NCBI GenBank assembly: GCA_951406725.2 | Contig: OX597819.1 | Location: 117,862,001-117,926,000, forward strand | Length of the DNA stretch: 64,000 nucleotides | Source: Octopus vulgaris | Lineage: Eukaryota | Reading direction: 5' to 3' | Notes under the pieces: generated by a model | The model's input: only the letters and a program-made list of their open reading frames with translations | What the model was told of the DNA's origin: nothing | The model's database searches: none | In this document: positions 13,025 to 28,256 of the stretch, piece by piece | Numbering within the stretch: position 1 is the stretch's first letter | Layout of the letters: every line of letters starts with the position of its first letter | Made by a program: the position numbers and the translations under genes

Positions 13025-14870
13025 GTCGAACTCTTCTTATTTGAAAAGCCGCTAAACAGCTCAAAATTTATTTGTATATTCGATGCGTATTTGCAGTGAG
13101 ACAGTATAAATCGTCTTAGTCAGCTATTGTACTGAAATAGTAATCCAAGTATTGTGTAATTGATGCAGATTAACTAATGATAATTCCTACGATCGTATTC
13201 TTTCCAGATTAACTTAGTGTGTTGAAAATAGTCTAAAGCAGCCTCTATCATAATGGTATATGATTCTAAAAGAAAACAAGTTACTCTAACGTTAGCCGAA
13301 AAACGTAAAATTCTAGGAAAATTAGATATGGGAATTGCAAATAATGATATTGAAACATTATATTATAAAATTGGAAGGAGCACACTGTTCTACATAAAAA
13401 AGAACAGGGAGGAAATATTGAATTCTGCTCCTCTCACTGAGAATAAAAAAAGACAAGTCAAAAGAAAGACTCTTCATGGACCTAAACAAGTTGAATTCGA
13501 TAAAATATTACATGAATGGATTTTATCGAAGCAAAACGAAGGTATATAACTATCGGGAGAAATGCTAATTTCTAAAGCAAAGTCTCTTAAGAAAGAGTTG
13601 AATATCACAAAGGATATGGAATTCACTACAAAGGATATGAAATTCAGAGTAGCCATGACATACGGCGGTTAACAATTTAAGGATCATAACGTTCAGCTGA
13701 TACGCTTTCTGCGTTAACTTATTGTAAATAAATTCAAAAACTAATTGACAACTATGCTTTAATATCAGATAATATTTATAATGCTGCTGAAACTGGTTTA
13801 AATCAGAAGGGTTTACCCACAAAAATTTTAGCTGGATCAGAGGAGCAGTAAATAAAAAAAAAAGATTCAAATTTAAAAAAAAAGACTTTCAGTGTTAATG
13901 CTTCTGGAACTCACAAACTTAAACTGCTTGTTATTGGTATATCTGAGTGTCCCTGAGCAATGAAAGGAGTTTCACCTTTCCCAGTATCATATTATTCTTC
14001 AAAAAATTAGGATGAATCAACACTTGTTCACGGAATGGTTCATAAAAGAATTTTTCGTGTCAGCTGTACAAAAACGCTCTCACAAATTAAGTAAATCTAA
14101 GTCAAAATGCCTGCTGCTATAAGACAATTGTAAAGCACATCCTCACGAGACAAAATTAGTGCCATCGTGCAACAATGTATTTGCTTGCTATTTACCAACA
14201 AATGTTACATCTCTCATTCAAGCTATGGACCAAGGGATTATTTCGAACTGAAAATGTTTCTACAGAATTGATTTTATTATGAATATAACAAAGAACAATG
14301 CTAGTATAGGCGATTTCCAGCGCAATTTTACCATTAAAAAATGACATGTTTTCCCTCGCAAGTGCATGGAGTCGGGCACATTAACAAAAGCTTGGGGAAT
14401 ATTATACCCAGCGTCTAATGCTCCTGAAGTGAAAGAATCAGAGAATGTATCTGGAGTTGAAAATATTCCGGAAACTACACGATTTCCAATCAAACACATT
14501 GTTATTCAATCACTTGATTGAAATGAAATTGAAATGTGGGTGCGACAAAATAAAGAAATCACTGAACAATATCCTGAAGAAAACAATGGTCATGTAATTA
14601 GCAACAGCGACAGCTCTCATTCGTGTGAGTCTAATGTAAATGGCCAACGAAACTCTAATGAGGGAATATGATAGGATAATGCAGAGAGTCTACGGAGATA
14701 GTGATAAAATTTCTAGAAAGAAATCCTTACTTTCATGACAACTAAGTTTTGCAAGCGATGTCACGTCGGAAGGACATAATCATAAAGAGATAACAGCACC
14801 AGGAAATAGTGGTGTTTCGTGATCGCTTGAGGAATGCAATAGCAGCCCGTGTGAGTTCGATAGATTAAGA
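13021..14870 (+). pseudogene. pogo/Tigger (CENP-B-like) transposon, degenerate
   Basis: TA + CAGTCGAACTC left TIR; ORF 13253-13549 is an HTH_psq/CENP-B-type N-terminus (KRKQVTLTLAEKRKIL); later motifs [37 protein letters not shown]; many stops. Right end uncertain. Confidence 0.9.
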
Positions 14871-15339
14871 CAGAATCGAAAGGAGGCTCGTTCAATGAAT
14901 GAATAAAAGTATGCTACATAGGTGATCGGTTGTTAAATGCCGATAATGTATGTAATAAATACCTAACAAATATTATTTGATATTAATTTATTTTCAATTT
15001 TTTCCCTGCGCTTAGATAATTATTTTATTTGCTGAAGGTAGCTTGAACTCATGGTACAGGAAATAGATCATAAATGTGTTTATTTTTCATTCTCTTTCGA
15101 AATTACCCTAATTGTGGTTTAGATTTTAACTACTCCTTCTATCGGGTTAGATATCCTATTAAGGTCATTTCTTATGTGATTAAATGTACATTGTATTTAT
15201 ATATATGTGTAAATTGAACAGGATCGAATAAACAAATGTACTAGTTGGTCACACAACTGTATAACCTCCTGATATCATAACATTATTGAACATAAATACA
15301 TATTAATACTCCAGGGCAATCAACATTTAAATCCCAAAA

Positions 15340-15383
<44 letters not shown>

Positions 15384-15406
15384 GTATGTACGTATGTATA
15401 TATATG

Positions 15407-15454
<48 letters not shown>

Positions 15455-15484
15455 TGTATATATATTTACATATATTTATAGTGC

Positions 15485-15762
15485 AGGAACGTGGCATAGT
15501 GGTTAGGGCCTTCCACACGAGATCGTAAGGGATTCAGTTCAATTCCCGGAGATGCTATGTGTCCTTGAGACATACTATATTTCACGTTTTTTCAGTTCAC
15601 TCAGCAAACAGAAATGGCACCCTGTGTCGCGCTGAATATCCCAGAGAACTACTTTAAGTGTAGATGATTCTGTGGAGTACTTAGCCAGGTAAATCTCACG
15701 AGTAAGCTCTTCCGTTGATCGTATCAGCTGGGATTCTCATCGTCGTAAGCCGACGGAGTCCT
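15485..15762 (+). mobile_element. SINE family B, diverged
   Basis: gtggcatagtggttaggg head; 3' cgtcgtaagccgacggagt. Confidence 0.8.
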
Positions 15763-16079
15763 CTTTTATGTCTATATCTATACAGCCATATACAAATGTG
15801 CAATATAGAAGGAATCGTGTGAAGAAAATGTGTTACCTTTGCAGGTTTTATCACATTCGGGTTTTATATGTTGAACGCCCTGGTGTTTTAGTATGCATCT
15901 ATGTTATAAATTTTTCTGATCAACTGGGACATTTGTTCATGTCTTTTGAATATATTTTCTTTGTCTCAGTTCTACCTGAAGCCCTCTATTTTTTTCGATT
16001 TCTATTACAAGAGCAAAATTATAAAAAATATTTTTTATGTATAAGTATAAGAATATATATTTATATATATGTGCATGTT

Positions 16080-16191
<112 letters not shown>

Positions 16192-16636
16192 TATGTGTGT
16201 GTGTGTGTGTGTGTTAGGAAAATACGATAAGTGTATATGTATATATGTTCTAGTCACCGTGCAAAATCAGACTTGCGTCTCCACGATCAGTAGTAGTCTC
16301 CATGTAAGAAAAATGATTTGTAATCCGAAGAAAATATTAAATCAAGAATCAAAATTTCCCACCCACCCACCCCCCAAAATTGCCTTTGGAAGAGAAAAAA
16401 TGTATATCCAGAATAAAGAAATTAATGTTAAAATAAGATTAAATTTTAAAAAATGAATAAATTTCGGCATACTTATGACAATATTCTCTTAAAAAATCAA
16501 ACGTCCTGCAACTAAAAACATTGCGCGTATACATATACACACTAAAAATCATAAACGTACATATGTACACTACACACATCACTAATACATGCATACATAC
16601 GTATATACAAACATGCACAGACAAAATAAAACTATA

Positions 16637-16677
<41 letters not shown>

Positions 16678-17054
16678 TGATGCATATGTTGATATCTAAA
16701 CACTCACACGTAGATATACATACACATAATTTTTCTTCGTGCGTATGTCGTAAAAACGTAACGTTATTGTTACGCATTAGTAAAGAAACATAATAAGAAG
16801 GTGCTGAGTTGAAGAGAAAGAAAAGAGAGAGGAGCAAAGTAGAGAAAACAAAGATAGAAAAGATAAGAAAAGACGGAGAAGAATATAGTTGCGTCTACAA
16901 GTATCTAACTATTAAGAAAACCAAGCGGAAAAGAAACATTAATATACATCTCAAAACTTTATGCAAAAATGCCAAGGGTGTCACCGCACACATAAAATAT
17001 AGTTATATACTTAATGAAATGCATATATACAATTGTAATAAACATGTAACCATG

Positions 17055-17144
<90 letters not shown>

Positions 17145-17148
<4 letters not shown>

Positions 17149-17261
17149 TACATATGAAAGCAGGTTTTAAAATGCAATTTTAAAAGATGTTTTTTTACTT
17201 GACCGGTTTCATTTTTTAGAAAAATATTGCCAAAAGTAACATGTAAAAGTTTCGTTGTGTT

Positions 17262-17265
<4 letters not shown>
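17145..17265 (-). mobile_element. PLE 3'-end remnant with hammerhead motif (17195-17239) between two (TA)n tracts
   Basis: Minus strand ttactt-TTGGCAA-stemII-GAAA-ccgg-TC-aagtaa; 6-bp stem I; tail identical in family to 34993-35092. Confidence 0.7.
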
Positions 17266-17318
<53 letters not shown>

Positions 17319-17943
17319 CATATGAAGGTTTAGAGGTGATGTACAGGTATTATATTTTAGAAGAAATACGGTATACTGTAACGTGTATACGTGCAATAGG
17401 TATAATTAAAAGAGTTTGTCTGGTATGTTGAATATTAGAATGCGTTACTTCAAAGTTTGGATTGAAAATCATTTAAAAATCAATTAAATTGATAGTATAA
17501 TAATGTAATACAATATACATTTTGGACTCCACAAATTTTGCAATTGACATAATCTTTGACACTGCTGAAAATAATCGAGAAAAAGGTGTTTTCTAAGTTC
17601 ATTAAATCTGTTTCATTACCATCGCATTACAATCAATGATAATAATAATGATAAATAAAATGAAAATAATAAACAATAATGATGCATAAATGTACCGGAA
17701 GATATTATGTAAACAATAAAATAAATAAAATTATGAAGAAATTTAATAAGGAATAAAATGAAATACGATAAAGCAGAAACAAAGAGACCCATTATGGTAT
17801 TCAATGCTTTAAAAGCACACTTTGGTCGACACTAAATACACATAATTGAAAAGACCAATGAAAACTAATTTGAAGTGTGTACCTGTCATTGTAATATCGT
17901 ATATTTTATGCATCCAAACTTTACTTTGTTCTAATCTAAATTT

Positions 17944-18026
17944 CAACTGGCCGACGAACGGGAACGTGAAACTCTCAGTTTTTTAGTGATATGTTTGTGA
18001 TGTTTCACATTTATGTGCTTACTTCG

Positions 18027-18104
<78 letters not shown>

Positions 18105-18270
18105 AGAGTTTACGAAAAAAAACAAAAGACGAAGACAGGTGGTGTACAAAACAAACAGATGTATTAGTAAAACGCTCAGGAATAGAAAAAGTCTTTTACG
18201 TTTTGAGCCTACGCTCTTCTACAGAAAGGGACACAGAAAACAAGGAGTGAAAAAACGAAAGAAAAAGGTA
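17944..18270. mobile_element. Two PLE 3'-end remnants converging on one (TA)n tract, each with a decayed hammerhead-like motif
   Basis: + strand ccgacga-acgggaacgt-gaaa-ctc (family of 25776); - strand cttt-ctgtagaa-gagcgtaggctc-aaaa-cgt-aaaag at 18193-18228 (family of 46151). Confidence 0.6.
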
Positions 18271-19264
18271 TAAATATATATAATTTATTTAAATATATCA
18301 TGGTTCCATAAACGCAAGAATGCACACTTTCAGACATCTGCTCACAGCAATGCTAGACCTGAGCTAAACAATGTCAACATGGCAAAAATAATATCTGTGA
18401 AATAAAAAGAATAAAACTCAATGAAGTTATTATGATGCAGATAGAATTGTTTCTCCAAAAGATAATGTCACCCGAACATTTACAAATCTTTTATGAGATC
18501 GAAAATATTTTCACCTATTCGTAATTGTCGAATGGTTTCTTCGCTGAATCAATTCGCTCGAAACGGGCACCATTTATTTCTCATGATCAGTATTAAAGGA
18601 ACGGGATGAATATTTCATTTGTATAGCAATATATATTCGTAATTAGTATGAAATACGTTTGCCATCCCCAAATTTTCAACTTTGTTTTATATTAATTTAG
18701 TACAAGGAAATCGTTCTCTCTTCATTATTCATAATTTCTCTGATCTCCAAAATTTTTTACAAGGCAGATAATCCACTCATTCATCGAAGTAGTAAGATTT
18801 ATTGAAAGTAGTTTTAAATAGTTAATGATAAAAGACTGAAACCAAAAATCGGATATTATACAGAATATTCCATTGTGATAAGTATGAATATAGCAATGTG
18901 CCATATAAGGGCATTTTACAGCGACAGATACTAAGCGCCTCTACTACTTTATAAGTCGTATAATACAATCTTCTTTACCAAGCAATCAGGCTGTTCTTTG
19001 TAATATAATAATTACTTTTCTGTAGAGTAGTTCTGAAAGAATATATCTGTGTGTACAGCTATAAATGTCTAACCACACACGCGCACACACACACACACAC
19101 ACACATACACACACTTATATACATATACTTATACAAGCGCTCACGCGTGTGTGTATATGCGTATGTGAGTGCGTGCATGCCTAGCTATGTGCCTGTGGGG
19201 TCTTGTGCTTAGTATATGTTTGTGTGTGCGCGTGCGTGTGTGTGTGTGAGTGTGTATGTGTGTG

Positions 19265-19330
<66 letters not shown>

Positions 19331-19799
19331 GAGAGATAAAAGTTTCACAGATTGATGTAAAAGCAGATAAAGAAATGGCGATATATTTACAAACAAAGTC
19401 AACTTAATGAATACATACGGTTTTAATTAAAACAAACAAGGGAAGCTTACAATTAAAATAATTTCTCATAAACACTGAGTTGTTTACTCTGGAGAGATAC
19501 ATCATATCATATAGATATACTTCTATCAGGAGACATAAAGAAATAAGAATAGGCTTTTATACCTATACATCATATAAACCTTGGGGTTGTATTAATATCA
19601 ACAAACATCAGAAATCATATGCCTTACTACACCAGCGGTTCTTCTCCAATCTACGCTTCTTGGCAATATTCAATATTAATGAAATAAAAGTAGCCTGATA
19701 TATCAATGATGTTCTTGATTGTTTGAGGATTGGATTTACAGTTGAATATATTCAGAATAGTATGTATTCAATCATAATTTTAAAAATAAAGATTTGCTC

Positions 19800-20000
19800 T
19801 GAAATACCGGACACTTTTTGAATGCTTGGTGCACAAACATACTCTCTTAGTAGTTGATAATTCTGAATGACTTCGTCCACATGTGAGAGGTTAATATTCT
19901 CTAGTTGAGAAGCCTACTTTAAATAATCTTGAGCTCCGAGTCTGATGAAATGAGAGGACAGATTATTGTCTTCATTGAGAGTGAACGCTTATTCAACAAA
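19800..20000 (+). mobile_element. Old PLE 3' end with hammerhead relic (19938-19994)
   Basis: LVEKPTLN (GIY-YIG C-terminal-like) followed by gagt-CTGATGA-aatgagaggaca/tgtcttcatt-GAGA-gtgaacgc-TT-attc; GAAA has decayed to GAGA. Confidence 0.55.
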
Positions 20001-20499
20001 ATATGATACCTGTTGTGCCGTCTATGGCCAACATAATTACAATTTGAAATATTGTTTCTGGGATTCATCAGCCAGTACGAACTTTAATCTAATGACAGCA
20101 ATTTAAGAGAGAGCGTTTCCTATCGATACAACCTAGAAGCGATCGTGTAACGACAACATAGTAGGTTGGTGGCATATTCCTTTCTATATGTTTGCAGATT
20201 ACGTACTCAAGAGAATTTAAATTGTTCTACATGAAAGTGGCGTAGCTTCTTACGTTCAAATACAGCACCCATTGACAAGCAAAAATCACAAACACAAATG
20301 TACTTAGACGTATGTACACATATAAGCATGCATGCACTCTTTGCATATATCTCTAGTTGAAATGCGTGCGGTTAAGACAGACAGTTATATATTACCTCAC
20401 AGAATACTCTAACATCCTAAAGCCTGCAGTGGGCTTATTTCCAACCAGTAGGACATGCATCATCATAAAAGGAAAAATGTAATGGATGACAATAGGACT

Positions 20500-20780
20500 G
20501 CACCTAGAAAGTCCGTGCAAAGTTATTTATGGAAGAGCATCAATTACACATACATAACAACGTCCTCTTTCTACGCCACTGACATTATCCAAGGGAAAGG
20601 CAAAGGCTAATACAGCTTGGCACCAGTGACGTGGCAACTCATTTCTGTTGCTGAGTGAACTGGAGCGACGTGAAATAAAATGGCTTACTCAAAAACAGAA
20701 CAGATAGTTTGGTCCTGGCATATAACTTCCTATCCCATGATTATGAGCCCGAGGCTCTAACCACTAAACCTCTGTGCCTT
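20500..20780 (-). mobile_element. SINE family B, diverged
   Basis: ctgagtgaactggagcgacgtgaaat...ctctaaccactaa. Confidence 0.7.
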
Positions 20781-21174
20781 CAGACGTCTTCATACGTACT
20801 ATTTATAACCGATGGTAATATTCTGAAAGTGACAACCAAGAATTTATTTCCGTGATTATCGGATCTTTAATATGTTCTACCATTGAGTTATCGCTCGTGT
20901 ATAGTTTATTGCCATAATCACGTTTCGTCGATAAATGCATCGTGATTTTCATATTGATTCTCATTAATATTTACTAATTGGATACAAAAAGAATTTAGAT
21001 ATGGAATTTTATGTATAGCGGACCCAATCAGTGAGCAAGTATACAATTTATTCAGATGCGAAATAAGTTTATTTAATTTAAAGCATTACTTTATTAAGGT
21101 TTTACAAGATTGAACACAGCATTACGGTAAGTTCTAAATTTATGATTCAAAATAAAATTACTTCAATTCTAATA

Positions 21175-21745
21175 TACTAAGTCGTCCGGAAAGTTCGTGC
21201 CGATTTTTAAAGGAAAGGAGAACGTCAATAAATACTTGCCATTATAGTTTTAATCAGCCAAATATGAAACATTTTGTTGCACAGTGCATCTCCATCTTTC
21301 CCTTAACTTCAAAATACCCTCTTCCCAGAATTGGGATGGTTTCGTGGCAAAAAGTTCATCAAGGTATATTTTTGCGCCATCCAAGGAATTGATATTTTTA
21401 CCATTAAGACAATTCTGCAGAGACCTGAATAAGTGGAAATCAGAAAGAGTAATATCTGGTGAATATGGAGGGCGGAGTAACACATCCCAGCCGAGCTGCA
21501 GCAATTTCTTTTCTGGTTCCCAAAGCATCAAGTGCCGAAAATGAACTTTCTTATCTTCTAGTTTAAAGGCTTACAGAATTAACATAGGTTATAGTAAAAT
21601 AAATCTCCTTCCACGAAAAGATCCTTTAAACTCTGCCCTAAATGGAGGTGTAGCCAAATCCTATTTTATGTACTCAGCCATGTTCTAAAATAAGTCGAAA
21701 TATAAGCTACTATAAATCGGCACAAATTTTCCGGACAACCCAATA
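21175..21745 (-). mobile_element. mariner internal-deletion derivative with both TIRs
   Basis: TIRs gtccggaaagttcgtgccgattt / aaatcggcacaaattttccggac with TA ends; ORF 21250-21531 LGWDVLLRPPYSPDITLSDFHLF...FWEEGILKLRERW. Confidence 0.93.
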
Positions 21746-23407
21746 TTTTAGTGAACTTAATACACGCACATGCAGCTAAACGTATATTAATAGTGTACAC
21801 AGAAATTACATGTTACTCCTTTTATCTATGTTAAACCGTTTTCGGTTGGTTTCGACCGAAAGCAACGGAATCCGATTTTTCCGCTAACATAAACATATAA
21901 ATATATTTCATTCATTCATTCTGTTGCTGGTGCATTGTAGAATGGTGCTCCACAATTTATTAAGATTGTATTTGTTACTCACAGGCGAATTTGAGGATTT
22001 ATTTGATTCTGTTTCAATGACATGCGAAAAATTAATTGTCATCATGGTAACTGATTTATTTGATATAATCCATTGTAACTGCTTTCATGCTAAGATTAAT
22101 AAAGGTGTCATTTGTTCAGGTGGCATGTAGCAGTAACACTTACATTCATTGTTAAACTGTCCTCTAAGAGTTTTATTGCATCTCATAAATACTCGAACTG
22201 ACTGTTATACGTTGTAGATTGTACAGTATCTTAGTAAAATTAAGAATTATTTCGGCATTATAACTTCACGCAATGCATCCTGGAGAGCTTTGTTTGGGAA
22301 TGGATCTTGGATTAGTATATGGACACTGGTGTATCAGTGTCACCAAACTTGTTATTTACATAGCTCTGACAATGCAAAATCGATCACCAAAATCGTTCGT
22401 TTACCATTATCAGGTTACAGCAGTAATATCTCGTATGCTATTCTGCTTCATGTTATGTTTTAAAGGAGATCCGGAAAATATATCTGGCGTATATCACCAC
22501 CAGGTAAAGTCTCCTATTTGGTTCGTAAGAAGTAAATACGTTAACGCATGAAAAAAAATTACTTGCACGAATCTTCTATGGAAACGTAACTGAAATAAGA
22601 AAGCATTATTACCTAGTCAGTGATCTGATATCTTATTTTTTCTTGTGAGAAATACAGCCTAACGTATAATACGTCAGAATTAAAGGATACAACTGGTGCG
22701 TTGTGTGATCCTACTTCTTTCTCTCACTTGCTTTTATTTAATTTTATTATCAGTTATCCGGCAGGTGTTTTATGAATGTTCAGAAGAGTTTCTGACTGTT
22801 ACGACGAAAACCAGGTTGTATTCTTAATTTCACTTAATATTCGTCAAGTGTTGGTGAGTGCGTAGACAATCTTATATTAAGTTTCGACCCGCAATAAGTT
22901 GAAAGACTCGTCCTTGCGCTCATCTCACTCCTCCAAATAGAGTACGACTGATCGTTTCTTTTTAACTTTGCAAATGAAAACGAAATTTTCACCTTGATGG
23001 TGAAGCGTTCATTCATTTATCTTTACTAATCTTCAAATCAAATACTATATAATGAATGTCAATTGAAAAGAATTCTACAAATCACAAGATATGTGTGTAC
23101 AGATATCTACACAAATACAGCTAAGCTGGTCCGCACGTATCGGAGAGATACTGCAGGTAGAATAAGATGCAAATACTAATGTTTCAATATACACCTTATA
23201 ACCAAGACTAAATGGAGAATAATCTGGCGTGACTTTAATCGCTCAGTAAATCATACATGCACTTGAGTTCAATATTATTCTCTCAATCCTCTGGGGTTGA
23301 TAGCTAGTCAAGTACTGAAATTGATAAATTGAATGTTACGTCTTTGAGGAATCTTACCCTACGCTTACGTATTAAACCGATTTTAAAACAGTAATATTTA
23401 GATATAA

Positions 23408-23815
23408 GCGTAGGAGTGGCTGTGTGGTACGTAGCTTGCATAAAACCCACATGGTTACGGGTTCAGTCCCACTGCGTGGCACATTCGGCAAGTGTCTTCT
23501 ACTATAGCCTCGGTCCAACAAAAGCCTTCTGAGTGGATTTGGTAGACGGAAACAGAAAGAAGCTCGTCGTATATATATGTATATATACCTATACGTATGT
23601 GTGTGTATATGTTTGTGTGTCTGTGTTTGTCCCCCCAACGTCGCTTGACAACCGATGCTGGTGTGTTTACGTCCCCCTAACTTAGCCGTTCGGCAAAAGA
23701 GACAAATAGAATAAGTACTAGGCTTACAAAGAATAAGTTCTGGGGTCGATTTGCTCGACTAAAGGCGGTGCTCCAGCATGGCCACAGTGAAATGACTGAA
23801 ACAAGTAAAAGAGTA
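23408..23815 (+). mobile_element. SINE family A, full length
   Basis: gcgtaggagtggctgtgtggta head, internal (TA)/(TG) tract, gactgaaacaagtaaaagagta tail. Confidence 0.92.
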
Positions 23816-24658
23816 TTATGACATTTGATGACATTATTGATTACATCTTTAAAAATTCAAAACCGCTACAAGTATCTGCATCTTGAGACAATGATAAAAT
23901 ATCAGATGTAGATTATGTATAAAAATAAGAAGTGCATTATATAATGCATAACTTAAAAATAAAGAAAAAAAACTAGTAAGTAAAGCCACAACGTATATTA
24001 CTACTGAAAAGAAAACATTGAAAACATCCGTGATTATCAATAGACAAAACACGAGAAATTACTGGAAATTTAAAATTCCAATGTATTTTCAATTTACAGT
24101 CTTATATTTTGTTACTTAGTCGTTTCAGATACTGAACTTCAGCCAGTACATATTGGGATGTGGTATTTCTTTATGGATATTAATGTTTAGAAATATGAAA
24201 TAGCGGTACATAAAGAGGTACAAAATATGCAACATCGATATTGACATTGGCTTTGCAATTAACATACTCACGGACACGGATTCACAAAATACGTAAGGTA
24301 TCTCCAGAGGCTTTTCCAAAATTCCATTTACGAGTTATTGCTTCAGGCAAGATTACAGGAGTAGAAAGATACGCTTAATCATAACGCTCACAACATTGAT
24401 GTGCGAATATATAGAAATGAAGAACTATTACCTTATACATTGGGAATATGCACCATGCTAATACGTATGAGATGTATTTATAATGGTCAGATAGATGTTC
24501 ACAGATTTCCTTCCCAGTTACAAATATTTATATGATTCTTCTTCCACAAAATGAACTCATTTTCTAAAAATTATTAAAATGCATAGCACAACCGGATGAC
24601 TTTCTGTTGAGGTTAGTCTGTTTTTAATATATATATATAGAGATAGATATATATATAT

Positions 24659-24709
<51 letters not shown>

Positions 24710-24810
24710 TATATATATATATGTGTGTGTGTGTATGTATGTATGTATATATATATGTATGTATGCATATATATATATATATGCATTTGTACGTGTGCAT
24801 ATATACATAT

Positions 24811-25214
24811 TCTTTTATTCTTCTATTTGTTTTAGCCATTTGACTGCGGCTATGCTGGAGCACCACTTTAGTCGAGCAAGTCGACACCAAGATGCATTCT
24901 GTGTAAGTCTAGTACTTATTCTACCGGTCTCTGCTGCTGAACCGCTAACGGGAACGTAAACACACCAGTACTGGTTGTCAAGCAATGTTGGGGGAGCAAG
25001 AACAGACACACAAACATATGCATATATATAGATATGTATGTATATAAACACATGTATATACGACGGGCTTCTTTCAGTTTCCTTCTATCACATCCACTTA
25101 CAAGGCTTTAGTCGCCTCGAGTCTGTAGTAGAAGACATTTGACTTAGGTGCCACGAACTGTGAGTGAACCCGCAACCATGTGGTTGGTAAGAAAGCTAGT
25201 TACCTCACAGCCAC
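24811..25214 (-). mobile_element. SINE family A
   Basis: Homologous to 6-400. Confidence 0.88.
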
Positions 25215-25583
25215 AATATATGTATAAAGTTCATTGACGAGAATCAAATATTCTCCGTGTAGTATACAATTAGTAGTATTCAAGAGTTTTAAACCTGAGC
25301 GGGTGTAGGAGTAGATATAAGGATAAACATGTCAGGCAGGTAGATAGACAAAAAATATTAAATACATTTAATACAAAAAAAAAGATATGTTTACATACGA
25401 AATGATCCAACATACACAGCATAAAAATGATATCAAGAATTAAAGGGGTTGAAGTGTTTTACACATCCCAAAGCTGTTTCGTAGGTGGCAGTTCGGTTGT
25501 TCAAAATTGATTTCAATTTCGAATGATAGGAGCCGACGTCTTCTAGGAAGAAATTTTACATTTGAGGTGTTGACGGAAAGGCG

Positions 25584-25654
<71 letters not shown>

Positions 25655-25722
25655 ATAGATAGATAGATATGTATATCTATGTATATATATATATATATGT
25701 ATGTATGTATATATATATATAT

Positions 25723-25850
25723 ACCGGTGTAAACACATAAATGTGAAACAAGGTGGAAAAAAGTGTACTCAAAAACTGTCCGATGAACGGCAACGCGAAA
25801 CTCAGAGTAACAGGTTTTGTTGAATTTTCTGCTGCTTTAAGTAAAGTATA
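25723..25850. mobile_element. Miniature head-to-head PLE end with hammerhead (25776-25813, +)
   Basis: ctgt-CCGATGA-acggcaacgc-GAAA-ctcagag-TA-acag; 25725-25750 is the reverse complement of the tail tgtttcacatttatgtg seen at 18001; TA repeats on both sides. Confidence 0.7.
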
Positions 25851-28183
25851 TATATATTCGAGAGTGGTCTGAAAATTTCCTCCATTTAAGTATATCGCGA
25901 AATGCCTATTTGGAGTCCAAATGTTCAAAATTTTTTATTGGGCCGTGAGGTCCTAGAGAACCACTGTAATAACCTGAGAAAGGAAACGCTAAATAACATC
26001 ACTTTTAACTGACCCTTGTTAATTTTCGTTTACCGAAATGCAAGAAACTTTTCAGCATCCCTTCGTATATCTTTTCACAAAAATCTTGATGCAAAGTCGT
26101 GTTTTGAAGCAGATATTGTTACATTCATGGATGGCCACATTTAAAAAAAATTAAACAAAGCCACTATGTATCTGTGTGTGTGTGTATGTGCAATTTGGGT
26201 ATAGCACACGTTAAGTAAGTTAAATGATCTGAAAAGTGTGTTGAAATATAAATACATTGAAGTGGTTCGTGCTTTATTTACGAATACGTATCAAAAACGA
26301 CTTATCAACGCTCACATGTGAACCGGTCAGAGATACAGCTCGACTTCATCAATCAGAAACGGATTTAATGAGCAATCCTTAAATAATTCTTAATTATCTT
26401 GTTTTTCTTCTATCTTGTTGAATTTATGAATATTGAAATCACTTCTGTTTATGATGACTGAATTTGGACTTTGATATCGGTCATCCAACAGTCCTGTGAC
26501 ATATATTTCCAGTTTTCAGCCCTTTATCTGGTTATAATTTAGAATATCTTACATACTATAGTGCATAATTCTCTTTCCTCTTCTTGTTTCTGTATTTGAA
26601 GGCTAATTCTGCGTTTCTGCTTATTGCGTTCACTATGTAAAGACATGGTTTTGTAGAAATTTTATCGTAAAATGTTCATGCACAAAATGCTTGCAATGCC
26701 TAACTTTGCGGATTCAGTTTATTGCATATAATTCGCAAAAGCTTTCATTAATGAAGAAATGTTAGGACAACGAGCCTCGTCTCTGTTAGGTGTTGCATTA
26801 ATACACATTATACTACGATAAATGGATTGTTATTTTACGATATACTCTCATTGTCAGTCATATTGTGTATATGGTTTAAATATAAGTATTTAATAGTAAG
26901 TTCGCTTAGTTTGCACAAGCATTATCTTCTTCCAACACAGAGAGAACGAGACAACATATCGTTGAGCTCATTTCAACAGATTATGAATTATGTAACACAA
27001 ATTGATATATGCAAAAGTCGAAATGTTTTACTCATCCACTTTACCGATACTGTGAATTAAAAAAAAACACTGATTCTTTTACAGAAGCGTATAATAAGAT
27101 TCACCGGAACAAAGATAATTTCGCTGAACAATACTGGCGAAGAAAATAAAATCATTTCGATATCCAAACAGTAACAATAACATCTCAATTTCCATTTTCA
27201 TATGGCATACGAAAAATAAATTCGATCATTTCCATTTCAAATTTAAAAGCTGTAATTTGTATTGAAAGCAAATATATTGCAAACACGATTCAAGGGAAAT
27301 CTCTAAAACTTTTACATTCATATGTATTCATTCTAAATAGTCTTCCATGGTTAATTGTTTCGTGCTTCCATAAAATGATTCATAAAGCCAATATTTCCAT
27401 CGTACTGCATATCAGGAATCTTTCTTTATCATTTCTAAAAAATGAGATAAGCGCAAGCACACAGACACACACATACACAAACACACAAATACATTTACTC
27501 ACATACACAATCTCACACTCACACTCACACATAAGCACACGTATACATGTATATATAATTTTGAACAATACACGCACATACCACTTAAATACAGTTATCC
27601 GTAATATCTCTATATATCAGCACAATCACATCTCAGTTTTTGTCTATACTTTCTCATTTAAGGTGTAGATCTGTTTCCCCTTTGGGACTATTCCGTAAGT
27701 GATTTTTATGTGTGCTTCTTCCTACATTTATTTGTATTTCTGGAGACTAATATTTCGACGTATTCACAATATTATAAGTATAAATTCTACTGAGGATTTA
27801 TATTTGCATTATATTGAATGTATTTTATTTTATTTACGCTTATACACAAATATTTATGGGTGTGAGCGTGTCTGTGTACGTGGCAACCTTGTTATATATT
27901 AATAGACACGATATATTAGGTGATTGTGTATTAGCGTCTACAATATAATACATATGATTAATCTTCTGTGCATATATATCCGTTCATCTGGTTCTAAATA
28001 ATACTTTCAGAATAAGCACAAACATTATCAGAATACATGCAAATATACATATAACCTCAAAATATGTAGAAAACATTATCTTTATTGTAGATCTCACCTT
28101 ATAAAGCCGACAATTCTTTTTATTGCATTAACACATATACAAACACGCACACACTCGTATAAGTATATATATATATATATATA

Positions 28184-28256
<73 letters not shown>

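Noticed and set aside
23408-23480. tRNA gene-like heads
   Set aside because: They are SINE 5' regions continuing into SINE bodies; no complete cloverleaf seen.
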